From a virus (taxonomy: Duplodnaviria; Caudoviricetes), in IMG/VR virus record IMGVR_UViG_3300026097_000026, positions 1 through 57,321 of that record: a stretch of DNA of 57,321 nt. One strand, given 5' to 3'. A program made the translations under genes and the position numbers. This document shows positions 1 through 9,722 of this stretch, one piece after another. A model generated the notes under the pieces. It was not told the origin of the DNA and made no database searches. It saw only the letters and a list, made by a program, of their open reading frames with translations. Position 1 is the first letter of the stretch. Each line of letters starts with the position of its first letter.

Positions 1-2
1 GT

Positions 3-245
3 GGATCAAAAAACCCACCTTTAACTGCTATTGATATATCTAGACTAACCGATTCGAAATCAGTTTGTGAAGCTAGAATAGAAAACACTGCATACTTTGA
101 CAATGGTCTTAATATAGGTAGTAATGCATACAGTGATAGTTCCGGTGAGGTATTATTAAAGGATGGGTATTACAATACTGAACAAGGTTTTGGTATACTA
201 ATCGAACGAGGTCAAATTAAAACTACAATAAGTTGCCGTCGTTAG
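3..245 (+). CDS. partial CDS (3' end), hypothetical, probably virion structural protein
   Basis: Open frame from window edge (GSKNPPLTAID...TTISCRR) to TAG at 243-245; not in ORF track because it has no start in the window. Confidence 0.55.
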   Translation, partial: GSKNPPLTAIDISRLTDSKSVCEARIENTAYFDNGLNIGSNAYSDSSGEVLLKDGYYNTEQGFGILIERGQIKTTISCRR

Positions 246-270
246 TATTTATAAACAAATCAAAAATTAA

Positions 271-278
271 ATATATAA
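271..278 (+). promoter_or_regulatory. putative late promoter ATATATAA
   Basis: Same octamer recurs in intergenic DNA upstream of portal, protease, capsid, small terminase and sheath genes. Confidence 0.45.
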
Positions 279-294
279 TAAAAAATAATAGATC

Positions 295-618
295 ATGGAA
301 ACTATTTGGAATATAGCAAATATAAAAAGAATACCATCAACTGGATTAGTAATTGAGGTAACTTATATAATGAAATTTAAAAAGAAAGAAGTTAGTGATA
401 GAAAGGTTGGAATGGTTACATTAGAAGGTGATCCATCTTCTCAAGATTTTATACCATTTGATGAACTAACAGAAGAAATAGTTTTAGGCTGGGTTCAATC
501 TGCAGTAGGTACAGATTCAATTAACAAAATTAAACAAGACTTTGAGTCTAGGTTAGATGAAAAAATTCAGCGTATTGAAAATCCAGAATTTATTGATGGT
601 TTACCATGGTCTAGGTAA
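295..618 (+). CDS. hypothetical phage protein of a type often found next to tail-fibre genes
   Basis: 107 aa; motif DFIPFDELTEEIVLGWV and C-terminal GLPW resemble a widespread small phage family. Confidence 0.5.
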   Translation: METIWNIANIKRIPSTGLVIEVTYIMKFKKKEVSDRKVGMVTLEGDPSSQDFIPFDELTEEIVLGWVQSAVGTDSINKIKQDFESRLDEKIQRIENPEFIDGLPWSR

Positions 619-656
619 TGTATTATTAACTGTAGAACTGTAGTACTTAAAGATGT

Positions 657-1871
657 ATGGATAAAATATCATGTGGGATAGTAAGTATTATAATTGGTAG
701 AGAGTATTCTATTGATCCTCTTTTAAATTATTTTAAAAATTTAGAAATCCCTAATGAAATTAACGAATTAAATTTATATTTAATTTTAGGCTGTAATTCA
801 GATTTTATTAAATCACTAAAAAATAAGATACAAGGGTTAAATTTAAATAAAAAATATAATAAAATAATCTTTGTATCAGGTAACATGAAATGCCATTCTA
901 ATTTAAGTTGGGATGAATGGGAAACATTTACTAGAAATAAAGATACTCTACTAAAGCATAGGTCAGCTTTAAAAAATATAGATATAGGTTTAAATTCAGC
1001 TAAAAATGAAACTTATATTCATTTTGTTGATGATGATACTATTCCACCTATATACACACTAAATCATCTATATAAATCATATCATAAAATACATAATTGC
1101 GGTATAGCAAGTGGTATTTATTTTAATAAAAAATGGTTAGGACCTACTATAGTCACAGGTAATGAAGAACTAAAACGTAGAATAGTTTGTAGTATAAATA
1201 AAAAAATTTGGAAAGAAATATCAATCGATGATTTAACTACAACTAATTATAAAGATGTAGGATTTGTAGGTAATGGGTGTATGTTAGTTTTAGGTGCAGA
1301 TATTAAAAAGATTATACCTTTACATGACTATAGAGAACTGTACGATGATACCGCTGCCCCTGATTTTATATTATCTAGAAGAATTAGAGGCCTAGGTAAA
1401 AAAATATCAATAGTCCCTTCAGTTATTGCAAAACATTTAGATCAAAATGGAGATCCTGTAGGTCTTTCAGAGTCTTACTTAAACAATATTAAATCAGATA
1501 AAAACTTAACTAAAATTTTAGTTTTACATTATACTAAATATTTAAATTATCAAAAATTAAGTAGAATGTTTGATAAGATATTGGTTATATCTACTAAAGA
1601 AACAAATTTAAAATCTTTGGATAATCTAAAAACCATTGAAAATTTACAAGTTATAGAAAAAAGTATTAAATCTACATGTGAAAAATATTTAACTTATAGT
1701 AAATTAGATGGTCAATCAAGATTTTATTCTATCTTGGAAGAAATTTATAATTATATAAAAAACAAATCCAATTATAAATTATATAACTATAGACAAGCAT
1801 CAAATGACATTGTAGCATTACCATCGTTGAATAGCAGTAAATTAAAAACACTATTAAATACATCTCCATGA
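657..1871 (+). CDS. GT-A fold (GT2-like) glycosyltransferase
   Basis: YIHFVDDDTIPP DxD motif; FVGNGCMLV and PDFILS motifs typical of GT2. Confidence 0.7.
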   Translation: MDKISCGIVSIIIGREYSIDPLLNYFKNLEIPNEINELNLYLILGCNSDFIKSLKNKIQGLNLNKKYNKIIFVSGNMKCHSNLSWDEWETFTRNKDTLLKHRSALKNIDIGLNSAKNETYIHFVDDDTIPPIYTLNHLYKSYHKIHNCGIASGIYFNKKWLGPTIVTGNEELKRRIVCSINKKIWKEISIDDLTTTNYKDVGFVGNGCMLVLGADIKKIIPLHDYRELYDDTAAPDFILSRRIRGLGKKISIVPSVIAKHLDQNGDPVGLSESYLNNIKSDKNLTKILVLHYTKYLNYQKLSRMFDKILVISTKETNLKSLDNLKTIENLQVIEKSIKSTCEKYLTYSKLDGQSRFYSILEEIYNYIKNKSNYKLYNYRQASNDIVALPSLNSSKLKTLLNTSP

Positions 1872-2119
1872 ATAATCACATAAAATTAACAGAAGAAGAA
1901 ATAAAAATTAGTAATGAAATTTATAATAAAAAAATTGAACATTTAATTAAGTTAGGTGAAATTAAACTTTCTGAAATTAACAATGAAAAGAAAACGGAGG
2001 AATCTTATTTTAATTTAACAGAAATAAATACCAGGGAAACTCAATTTTTAAATGAATTAAATAAAAAATATGGTCCTGGTACTGTAGACATATCAACACA
2101 TCAGTATATACAAAAGTAA
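1868..2119 (+). CDS. small coiled-coil hypothetical protein
   Basis: 83 aa, helical, ends LNKKYGPGTVDISTHQY; overlaps both neighbours (translational coupling). Confidence 0.6.
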   Translation: MNNHIKLTEEEIKISNEIYNKKIEHLIKLGEIKLSEINNEKKTEESYFNLTEINTRETQFLNELNKKYGPGTVDISTHQYIQK

Positions 2120-2934
2120 TGAAACAAATATTTTTTCAGAGTTCTTTACCAAGATCTGGTAGTACTTTATTACAAAACATATTAGGACAAAATCCAGATT
2201 TTTATACAACGCCTACATCAGGATTATTGGAAATGCTATATAGATCTAAAAATGCCTTTTCAGAATCTCCTGAATTTAAAGCACAAGATAAAGATATAAT
2301 GAAAAGAGCTTTTATGGGTTACTGTAAAGGCGCTTTAGAAGGATATTTTTCTAATATAACCAATAAAAAATATATAGTTGATAAATCAAGAGCATGGGGT
2401 GTTAATTATGATTTTTTAAATAGCTTTTATACTGATCCTAAGATTATTTGTATGATTAGAGATCCTAGAGATATATTTGCATCTATGGAAAAAAATTATA
2501 GAAAAAATCCTCACATTAATTCTGGCATTATTAATAATCCTGAGTTAAAAGGAACTACGGTTGAAAAGAGAATAGATCATTTTGCGACTACTCCACCAGT
2601 TGGTTTAAGTTTTGATTGGTTAAGGGATATCATATCACAGGAAATTTATAAAAAAATACTATTCATTAAATATGAAAATTTAACTAAAGAACCTCATGTT
2701 GAACTAAATAAGATCTATAACTTTTTAGGTGTAAACCAGTATGAACATGACTTTTCAAATATTGAACAAGTAACACATGAAGATGATAAAATACATGGTA
2801 TCTTTGGTGATCATATTATTAGAAACGAAGTTAAACCACTTAAATCAGATGCTAACAAAATATTAGGAATAACTGGTAGTAATTGGATTAGAAATAACTA
2901 TGATTGGTTTTATCAACATTTTAATTATTATTAG
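2119..2934 (+). CDS. PAPS-dependent sulfotransferase
   Basis: 5'-PSB loop SSLPRSGSTLLQNIL and 3'-PB motif MIRDPRDIFAS. Confidence 0.85.
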   Translation: MKQIFFQSSLPRSGSTLLQNILGQNPDFYTTPTSGLLEMLYRSKNAFSESPEFKAQDKDIMKRAFMGYCKGALEGYFSNITNKKYIVDKSRAWGVNYDFLNSFYTDPKIICMIRDPRDIFASMEKNYRKNPHINSGIINNPELKGTTVEKRIDHFATTPPVGLSFDWLRDIISQEIYKKILFIKYENLTKEPHVELNKIYNFLGVNQYEHDFSNIEQVTHEDDKIHGIFGDHIIRNEVKPLKSDANKILGITGSNWIRNNYDWFYQHFNYY

Positions 2935-2935
2935 T

Positions 2936-3559
2936 ATGATTTATGATTTAAATAATTTTTTTGATAAAGTTTTTTATATTAACTTAGATAAGGACATTAA
3001 TAGAAATAAAAATATTCTTAGCCAATTTAAAAAATATAATATAACAAATTACGAAAGAATTCCTGGTGTAGTTTTTAATAGTATACCTGATAAATCATTT
3101 TGGCGTAATTTTAATAAATTTGATGAAAAATATATCTTAGGTAGTATGGGGTGTAGGGCATCTCATAAATTAGCAATAGATATAGCAATAGAAAGAAATT
3201 ATCAAAAAATATTAATTTTAGAGGATGATATTTATTTTACAGAAGATCCAAATAAAATATTAAATCAAAATTTAAATACTCTTAGTAATTGGGATATGTT
3301 ATACTTTGGTGGAACTGTAGAAAATCATTTTAATGGTCAAATAGTAGGAGCATATGCTTATGGTTTAAACCGCAAATTAATTGAAGAATCTTATTTTATG
3401 TTACCTACATCAGGTATGGAGGTTGATAATTTTTATGCTAAAATACTTTATCATATGAGTTATAATAATAGCCCTATAGGCAAATACTTAATTAAGAAAC
3501 TTGACCCTTTTAATACAGTAAAGGTTAATTTTAACTATAAATCAAATATAAGAAATTAA
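2936..3559 (+). CDS. GT25-family glycosyltransferase
   Basis: FDKVFYINLD..R, GCRASH and ILILEDD motifs; start reassigned from 2900 to the in-frame ATG at 2936 just after the upstream stop. Confidence 0.8.
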   Translation: MIYDLNNFFDKVFYINLDKDINRNKNILSQFKKYNITNYERIPGVVFNSIPDKSFWRNFNKFDEKYILGSMGCRASHKLAIDIAIERNYQKILILEDDIYFTEDPNKILNQNLNTLSNWDMLYFGGTVENHFNGQIVGAYAYGLNRKLIEESYFMLPTSGMEVDNFYAKILYHMSYNNSPIGKYLIKKLDPFNTVKVNFNYKSNIRN

Positions 3560-3573
3560 AAATAAAAAAAGTT

Positions 3574-4452
3574 ATGCAAGTTATATTTCACATTGACGGA
3601 GGTTTAGGTAAACATATTATGGCAACCGCTATATTAAAGGTTATTAAAAAATATCATCCAACTGATAAGATTCATGTAGTTTGTGGTTACACTGATGTAT
3701 TTAAGAATAATCCTTTAGTGGATGAAATTCATCAAAATGGGCAACATGGTGCTTTTTATCAAAATCATATTAAAGGAAATGAATCTGATACTAAATTGTA
3801 TTTCACTGATCCATATACACACTCAGATTTTATTTTAGAAAAAGATCATTTATTTAATATTTGGTGTAAACAGTGGGGAATGGAATATAATGGTGAAACT
3901 CCACAATTATATTTAACACAATCTGAAATAGATTATTTTTCACCCTTTTACCAAACAGAAAAACCTATTTTGGTAATACAGCCAAATGGAGGTCCACAAA
4001 ACCAAGGATTTAATTATTCATGGACTAGAGATATCCCAGAGCCTACTATACTAAATGTAATCCAAAAATTTAAAGATAGTCATACTATCATTCATATTAA
4101 ACGAGAGGATCAAAAAATATATCCAGATACTTTACAAGCTTTAGATAATTATAGAAGTATAGCAATTTTATTAATGTTGTCTGATAAGAGATTACTAATA
4201 GATTCATTTTCACAACACTTAGCTGCTAGTCTAGGTTTAAAATCAACAGTGTGTTGGGTAACTACTAAACCAAAGATATTTGGGTATGATCTACATGATA
4301 ACATTACACCAAATAAATTTGACTTAAAGGTTGATTTTCCTACTAATTTATATCAACCGTTTGGACTTTCTCAAGATATTAGTTCATGCCCTTACAGTGA
4401 TTTAGGTAAAATATTTAATGACAGTGCTATTATTAAATCTTTAAAATCTTAA
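3574..4452 (+). CDS. GT9-like (heptosyltransferase-like, GT-B) glycosyltransferase
   Basis: N-terminal GGLGKHIMATAIL and C-terminal LIDSFSQHLAASLG match GT9 signature motifs. Confidence 0.7.
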   Translation: MQVIFHIDGGLGKHIMATAILKVIKKYHPTDKIHVVCGYTDVFKNNPLVDEIHQNGQHGAFYQNHIKGNESDTKLYFTDPYTHSDFILEKDHLFNIWCKQWGMEYNGETPQLYLTQSEIDYFSPFYQTEKPILVIQPNGGPQNQGFNYSWTRDIPEPTILNVIQKFKDSHTIIHIKREDQKIYPDTLQALDNYRSIAILLMLSDKRLLIDSFSQHLAASLGLKSTVCWVTTKPKIFGYDLHDNITPNKFDLKVDFPTNLYQPFGLSQDISSCPYSDLGKIFNDSAIIKSLKS

Positions 4453-4463
4453 TAAGATTATAG

Positions 4464-4490
4464 TAAACTAAATTGTTATAATCAATATAA
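4464..4490 (+). promoter_or_regulatory. putative early/middle promoter TAAAC-N17-TATAA
   Basis: One of 10 copies of WAAAC-N17/18-TATAA upstream of DNA-metabolism genes. Confidence 0.6.
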
Positions 4491-4502
4491 AAATAAAAAT
4501 AT

Positions 4503-4997
4503 ATGGCTAATACTGATAATAAATGCAAGGATCTCGAAGTAAGAGATTATTTTACAGAAAACGGATATAGTAAATCTAAAAATTCATTAGAAGATTTATA
4601 TTCGCTACAAGCAGAAACTCAAAAAATGTATTTTAAGAAACAAGGTCGTAAACCTTTTTCTGAAATGAATATAGGTGATGTTATTGATTTTCTTATGGTA
4701 ACTAATCATGCAATTATAGATGAACTTCATGAAATGGTAGATGCAGTAGGAGGTATTGATGATGGTGTAGGTAATGCAGCATGGAAGCCATGGAAGTCTG
4801 CTAATAAAGATATTAGACAAAAATCACTATCTGATTTATCACCAGGAGATCTTAAGGAACTTAAGATGGAGTGGATTGATGTAATGCACTTTGTATTTAA
4901 TGCAGGTTTAGCATTAGGAATAACACCTAAAGAATTTTATAATTACTACCTAAGTAAGAACGAAGCGAATTGGGAAAGACAACGAAATAATTACTAA
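4503..4997 (+). CDS. gp56: T4 gp56-like dCTPase/dUTPase (all-alpha NTP pyrophosphatase)
   Basis: IIDELHEM, AAWKPWKS, ELKMEWIDVMHFVFN and YYLSKNEANWERQRNNY are collinear with T4 gp56. Confidence 0.85.
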   Translation: MANTDNKCKDLEVRDYFTENGYSKSKNSLEDLYSLQAETQKMYFKKQGRKPFSEMNIGDVIDFLMVTNHAIIDELHEMVDAVGGIDDGVGNAAWKPWKSANKDIRQKSLSDLSPGDLKELKMEWIDVMHFVFNAGLALGITPKEFYNYYLSKNEANWERQRNNY

Positions 4998-5008
4998 AAT
5001 AAAAATAT

Positions 5009-6412
5009 ATGCTATTAGACATAACTCAAGAAGATAGACAATTATGGGTATCTTATTATAACTTAAATGGTGAAACTAGATTTAAAATATATGACTTAAA
5101 ACCTGATGATATGTTTAATTGGGAAGTCTGCTCAGAAGGTGATCCTAAAGCAGATCCAAAAATAACTAATTGGGATGGTAGACCGGTTAAAAAAGCTAGG
5201 TCTAGGTATTTAAATAAGTATCGTCAAATAGAATATTTATATTCATTACCTGAATCCGACAAGAAATTAATATATGGGTACTATTATCCTAAGACTTATT
5301 TTGTTGATATTGAAGTTGAGGTTACTGATTCATTCCCAGAACCTTCTAAAGCAGAAAACCCAGTAACAGCAATATGTATTGTTACTCCATCTAAGGAATG
5401 TATTGTTTTGGCTACTAAAGATTTAAGTAGAGAAAAGCAAAATAAAATACAAAAACAAATTGATGAACATTTTTCTAATTTAAATGAAACTTTTAGTTTT
5501 CATTTTAAACATTTTAAGTCAGAATATGATATGATGTATACCTTTCTTAAATCATTTGTTAGAAAAATGCCAATGATGACAGGATGGAATTATATTAATT
5601 TTGACTGGAAGTATATAATTACTCGATCAAGAAAACTTGGTATAGATCCTTCAATAGCATCGCCCATCGATCGTCTCTTTGGTAGGGATGAATTCCCATG
5701 CCATGTAGGTATAACCGATTATTTAGATATCTATGCAAAATGGGATAGAACTGTTGATATTAAAGAAGATTTTAAGTTAGATACAGTAGGTGAAGCTGTT
5801 GTTGGGGTTAAAAAGGTTAAATATGATGGCACTATCCAAGATATGTACGAAAGGGAGTATCCTAAATATATTTTTTATAATGCAATTGATACTGCATTGG
5901 TATATTTAATTCATAAAAAAATTAAAACAATGGAAATTGCTTTAACTATTGCTCATATGAGTGAAATTAGTATATTTAAAGCAAGTTCACCTGTTGCAAT
6001 TACTGAATCTTTATTAGCAAGAGAATTTTTATCATCAAACAGAGTTATGGCAAAAGATCCTAAAGCACCACCAGTAAAAAGACAACAATATGAAGGTGCT
6101 TTTGTTAAAGAACCTAAAACAGGTAAACACTCTGCTGTTGCTGCATTTGATTTTGCTTCACTATATCCTTCAATTATGAGACAATTAAATGTATCACCTG
6201 AGAGCTTTATAAAAAAGGTTGATTCTAACAAAAGAAAACAAGAAGAATCTGATGATAAAATTGTTTCAGTTACAGGAGCAGTATATTCTACTGAAAAATC
6301 AATTCTTAAAACAATATTAACAAGACTCTATTCACAACGACGTGAGTATAAGAAAACATCTTTTGAATTACAACAAAAAGCATATGACATGGAAAAAGAG
6401 CTTAAAGTCTAA
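5009..6412 (+). CDS. gp43A: family B DNA polymerase, N-terminal half (3'-5' exonuclease + motif A)
   Basis: ExoI FVDIEVE, ExoII GWNYINFDWKY, ExoIII YNAID, YEGAFVKEP, motif A FDFASLYPSIM; stops in the fingers helix; motifs B and C absent. Confidence 0.9.
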   Translation: MLLDITQEDRQLWVSYYNLNGETRFKIYDLKPDDMFNWEVCSEGDPKADPKITNWDGRPVKKARSRYLNKYRQIEYLYSLPESDKKLIYGYYYPKTYFVDIEVEVTDSFPEPSKAENPVTAICIVTPSKECIVLATKDLSREKQNKIQKQIDEHFSNLNETFSFHFKHFKSEYDMMYTFLKSFVRKMPMMTGWNYINFDWKYIITRSRKLGIDPSIASPIDRLFGRDEFPCHVGITDYLDIYAKWDRTVDIKEDFKLDTVGEAVVGVKKVKYDGTIQDMYEREYPKYIFYNAIDTALVYLIHKKIKTMEIALTIAHMSEISIFKASSPVAITESLLAREFLSSNRVMAKDPKAPPVKRQQYEGAFVKEPKTGKHSAVAAFDFASLYPSIMRQLNVSPESFIKKVDSNKRKQEESDDKIVSVTGAVYSTEKSILKTILTRLYSQRREYKKTSFELQQKAYDMEKELKV

Positions 6413-6461
6413 AAATAATTATGATATTCTTTTTCATAGACTAATAAATAATATACCCAAC

Positions 6462-6490
6462 AAAATAAGGTTTACTGCCTTATTTTTTTT
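6462..6490 (+). terminator. hairpin with T-tract between gp43A and nrdB
   Basis: AAAATAAGG-tttactg-CCTTATTTT followed by T run. Confidence 0.55.
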
Positions 6491-6511
6491 CTTAAAAATT
6501 AAATAATAAAC

Positions 6512-7492
6512 ATGGAAAACAACATTTTTGAACCTAGAGTTAACATTTTACCGTATCAATATCCTCAATTATTAGAGTATAAAGATGCCATTAGACATTC
6601 ATACTGGATAGATACTGAATTTAATTTTACTACTGATATTAATGACTTTAAAACAAAAGTTAATGATAGTGAACGTGAGGCTATTAAAAGAACAATGTTG
6701 GCTATCGCACAAATAGAGGTAAGTGTAAAAACTTTCTGGGCAGACATGTATAAAAGAATGCCAATTACAGAAATTGGTGATGTGGGTATGACTTTTGCCG
6801 AGTCTGAGGTTAGACATAAAGATGCTTATGCTAGATTAATCAGAATCTTAGGTTTAGAAGAAGAATTTAAAACTGTGGTGGAAATACCAGCAATTAAAGG
6901 TCGAATTAACTACTTAAAAAAATATTTAAACGGCACTCGTAGTCGAGATGATAAAATGTATACTAAATCAGTTTTATTGTTTTCACTATTTATAGAACAT
7001 GTAAGTTTATTTAGTCAATTTTTAATTATGATGAGCTTTAATAAAGACCGAAATATATTTAAAGGTATTTCAAATGTAGTTGAAGCTACTAGTAAGGAAG
7101 AAGACATACATGGTAATTTTGGTTCAGAAGTAATTAATATTATTAAAAAAGAAAACCCAGAATGGTTTGATGAAGAATTTAACCAATTAATTTATTCTGC
7201 TAGTAAAAAAGCATATAAAGCTGAATGTGATATATTAGACTGGATTTTTGAACATGGTGAATTAGACTTTTTACCAAAAGATACGGTTAAAGAATTTATC
7301 AAAAACCGTTTTAACAACTCTTTGAAACGAATTGATATGGAACCTATTTTTGAAATTGATATAAATAAACTAGAAACAACTACATGGTTTGATGTAGAAA
7401 TACTTTCAACTAAAGAGGGAGATTTTTTCTATAAGAAAAGTATTGATTATAATAAAAAGAGTAAGGCAATTACAGAAGACGATTTATTTTAA
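6512..7492 (+). CDS. nrdB: class I ribonucleotide reductase beta subunit
   Basis: Ferritin-like ESEVRHKDAY (radical Tyr present), IEHVSLFSQF, EEDIHG, C-terminal DFF...DDLF. Confidence 0.95.
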   Translation: MENNIFEPRVNILPYQYPQLLEYKDAIRHSYWIDTEFNFTTDINDFKTKVNDSEREAIKRTMLAIAQIEVSVKTFWADMYKRMPITEIGDVGMTFAESEVRHKDAYARLIRILGLEEEFKTVVEIPAIKGRINYLKKYLNGTRSRDDKMYTKSVLLFSLFIEHVSLFSQFLIMMSFNKDRNIFKGISNVVEATSKEEDIHGNFGSEVINIIKKENPEWFDEEFNQLIYSASKKAYKAECDILDWIFEHGELDFLPKDTVKEFIKNRFNNSLKRIDMEPIFEIDINKLETTTWFDVEILSTKEGDFFYKKSIDYNKKSKAITEDDLF

Positions 7493-7512
7493 TATTTAAA
7501 AACAAAAATTAC

Positions 7513-9138
7513 ATGAAATACGAAAGGAATTATTGGCTCAATGAAGATAGCCGTACATTTTTATCTAGGGGTTACATTGACGAAACACCAGAACAGAGAA
7601 TTAAAGATATTGCAAACACAGCTGAAAAGTATTTAAAAATTGAAGGCTTTGCTAAAAAGTTTGAAGGGTATATGGAAAGAGGTTTCTATAGTCTTTCCAC
7701 TCCAGTTTGGATTAACTTCGGTAAAGATAAAGGACTTCCAATCAGTTGTTATGGTAGTAATGTAGATGATACTTTAGATAGTATTCTTAATGCCGGTCGA
7801 GAAATAGGTATGATGAGTAAATATGGTGGTGGAACTTCTATCTACTTAGGTAATATTAGAGCTAGAGGTGAAAAGATTTCTACTGGTGGAACTGCCGATG
7901 GGCCGGTTCATTATGCTAGAATGTATGATACTACAGTTGATGTATGTAAACAATCCGAAGCCCGGAGAGGAGCCTGTGCTGTTTATTTACCGGTTGAACA
8001 TCCAGATATTTTAGAATTCTTAGAAATTGGTGGCGAAGGTAATCCGATTCAAAATTTACAATATGGAATTACAGTCACGGATGCTTGGATGGAAGAAATG
8101 AAAGCTGGTGATTCTAATAAACGTAAAATATGGGCTAAAATTATTCAACGTCGTAGTGAGTTTGGGTTTCCATATATTATGTTTAAAGACAATTCTAATA
8201 ATAATTCACCATATAAAGAGTTAGGTTTAGAAATTACAGCCTCAAATCTTTGTAGTGAAATTCAACTTCCAACTGATAGTTTTAATTCATTTGTATGCTG
8301 TTTAGGTAGTATTAATCTATTACACTGGGATGAAATTGAAAAAACCGATGCCATTGAAACTTATACCTTGTTTTTAAATGCAGTAATGGACGAATTTATT
8401 CAAAAGTCTTATAATATGCCAGGTATGAAAAGGGCTTGGAGATTTGCAGAGCAACATCGAGCGATTGGTTTAGGTGTTTTAGGCTATCATTCACTATTAC
8501 AATCTAAGCTCCTAGAATTTGAATCTTTGGCAGCCAAAGGATTAAATGCAAGAATATTCAAAACACTTAAAGAACGTTCTGAGGATGCATCTAAATGGTT
8601 ACATGATGAACGTGGGGTTAAATCTTTAAGAAAAGGTTTTGCTAATACAACTTTAATGGCAATTGCACCTACAAAATCTAGTTCTTTTATTTTAGGGCAA
8701 GTGAGTATGGGTATTGAACCAATTAAATCTAATTATTTTATTAAAGACCTAGCTAAAGTAAAACAAGTTTATAAAAATCCTTTCTTAAAGGCAGAACTAA
8801 AAAAATATGACTTAGATACACCAGAAGTTTGGGAAGGTATTTTAAAGAAAGATGGTAGTGTACAACATTTAGATTTTCCAACCAAAGAGGTTTTCAAATC
8901 TTTTGTAGAAATTACACCAAAAGAATTAGTTTTACAAGCAGCACAACGTCAACAATATATTGACCAATCACAAAGTTTAAACCTGATGATCCATCCAAGT
9001 GTACCTGCTAAAGATATTAATCAATTATATCTATATGCTTGGGAAGAAGGTGTTAAAACCCTATACTATCAATTTAGTCAAAGTTCAGCTCAGCAATTTA
9101 GCCGAAACATTTTGGAATGTGAAAGCTGTGAAGGGTAA
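7513..9138 (+). CDS. nrdA: class I ribonucleotide reductase alpha subunit (no ATP cone)
   Basis: GLPISC, SNLCSEI, AIAPTKSSS, IDQSQSLN, GVKTLYY, C-terminal CESCEG. Confidence 0.95.
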   Translation: MKYERNYWLNEDSRTFLSRGYIDETPEQRIKDIANTAEKYLKIEGFAKKFEGYMERGFYSLSTPVWINFGKDKGLPISCYGSNVDDTLDSILNAGREIGMMSKYGGGTSIYLGNIRARGEKISTGGTADGPVHYARMYDTTVDVCKQSEARRGACAVYLPVEHPDILEFLEIGGEGNPIQNLQYGITVTDAWMEEMKAGDSNKRKIWAKIIQRRSEFGFPYIMFKDNSNNNSPYKELGLEITASNLCSEIQLPTDSFNSFVCCLGSINLLHWDEIEKTDAIETYTLFLNAVMDEFIQKSYNMPGMKRAWRFAEQHRAIGLGVLGYHSLLQSKLLEFESLAAKGLNARIFKTLKERSEDASKWLHDERGVKSLRKGFANTTLMAIAPTKSSSFILGQVSMGIEPIKSNYFIKDLAKVKQVYKNPFLKAELKKYDLDTPEVWEGILKKDGSVQHLDFPTKEVFKSFVEITPKELVLQAAQRQQYIDQSQSLNLMIHPSVPAKDINQLYLYAWEEGVKTLYYQFSQSSAQQFSRNILECESCEG

Positions 9139-9197
9139 TAAAGATTTGGTGGCTTGAAACATAGTCACATTTAGGACCGTTTTTGTTAACGGAAATT

Positions 9198-9227
9198 AAA
9201 GCAGGGGCTTCGCTACCCCCTGCTTTT
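9198..9227 (+). terminator. rho-independent terminator after nrdA
   Basis: AAAGCAGGGG-cttcgctac-CCCCTGCTTTT. Confidence 0.75.
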
Positions 9228-9254
9228 AAACTTATTTACATTTATTGCATATAA
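9227..9254 (+). promoter_or_regulatory. putative early/middle promoter TAAAC-N18-TATAA
   Basis: Copy of the recurring bipartite motif. Confidence 0.6.
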
Positions 9255-9270
9255 TATAAAAACAGATATA

Positions 9271-9711
9271 ATGAAAAAATATAATTTAGGATTTGTTGCA
9301 GGTAATTTTGATTTACTACACCCTGGGTATATTCATACTTTTGAAGAAGCAAAAAAGCATTGTGAAAGATTTATAGTATTTTTACAACGAGATCCATCTG
9401 AGCATAGAAAATCTAAATATAAACCTGTTATACCTGAATGGGATAGGTATAAAGCACTAATGTCTATCAGATATATTGATGAAGTATACATGTATCAAAC
9501 TGAAGAAGAATTGCTTGATTTAATAAAATATTGGAAACCTGATCTTAGGATTTTAGGAGAAGATTATATTGGCCAACCGTTCACTGGTGATGATTTACCT
9601 ATCAAAGTTATTTATACATCCAGGTCTCATAATTGGTCTACTACTAAATTAAAAGACTTAATTACTAAGCAGACTATAAAACAAAATCCTAGTATAATTA
9701 GTGAAGAATAA
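9271..9711 (+). CDS. HIGH-type cytidylyltransferase (TagD/RfaE-like)
   Basis: AGNFDLLHPGY (HxGH variant), SIRYIDEV, LGEDY, WSTTKLK. Confidence 0.85.
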   Translation: MKKYNLGFVAGNFDLLHPGYIHTFEEAKKHCERFIVFLQRDPSEHRKSKYKPVIPEWDRYKALMSIRYIDEVYMYQTEEELLDLIKYWKPDLRILGEDYIGQPFTGDDLPIKVIYTSRSHNWSTTKLKDLITKQTIKQNPSIISEE

Positions 9712-9722
9712 AATAAATAACA

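Noticed and set aside
2900-2935. Track start sites at 2900 (and likewise 48165)
   Set aside because: They overlap upstream genes and add non-homologous residues; in-frame ATGs at 2936 and 48198 fit the domain boundaries better
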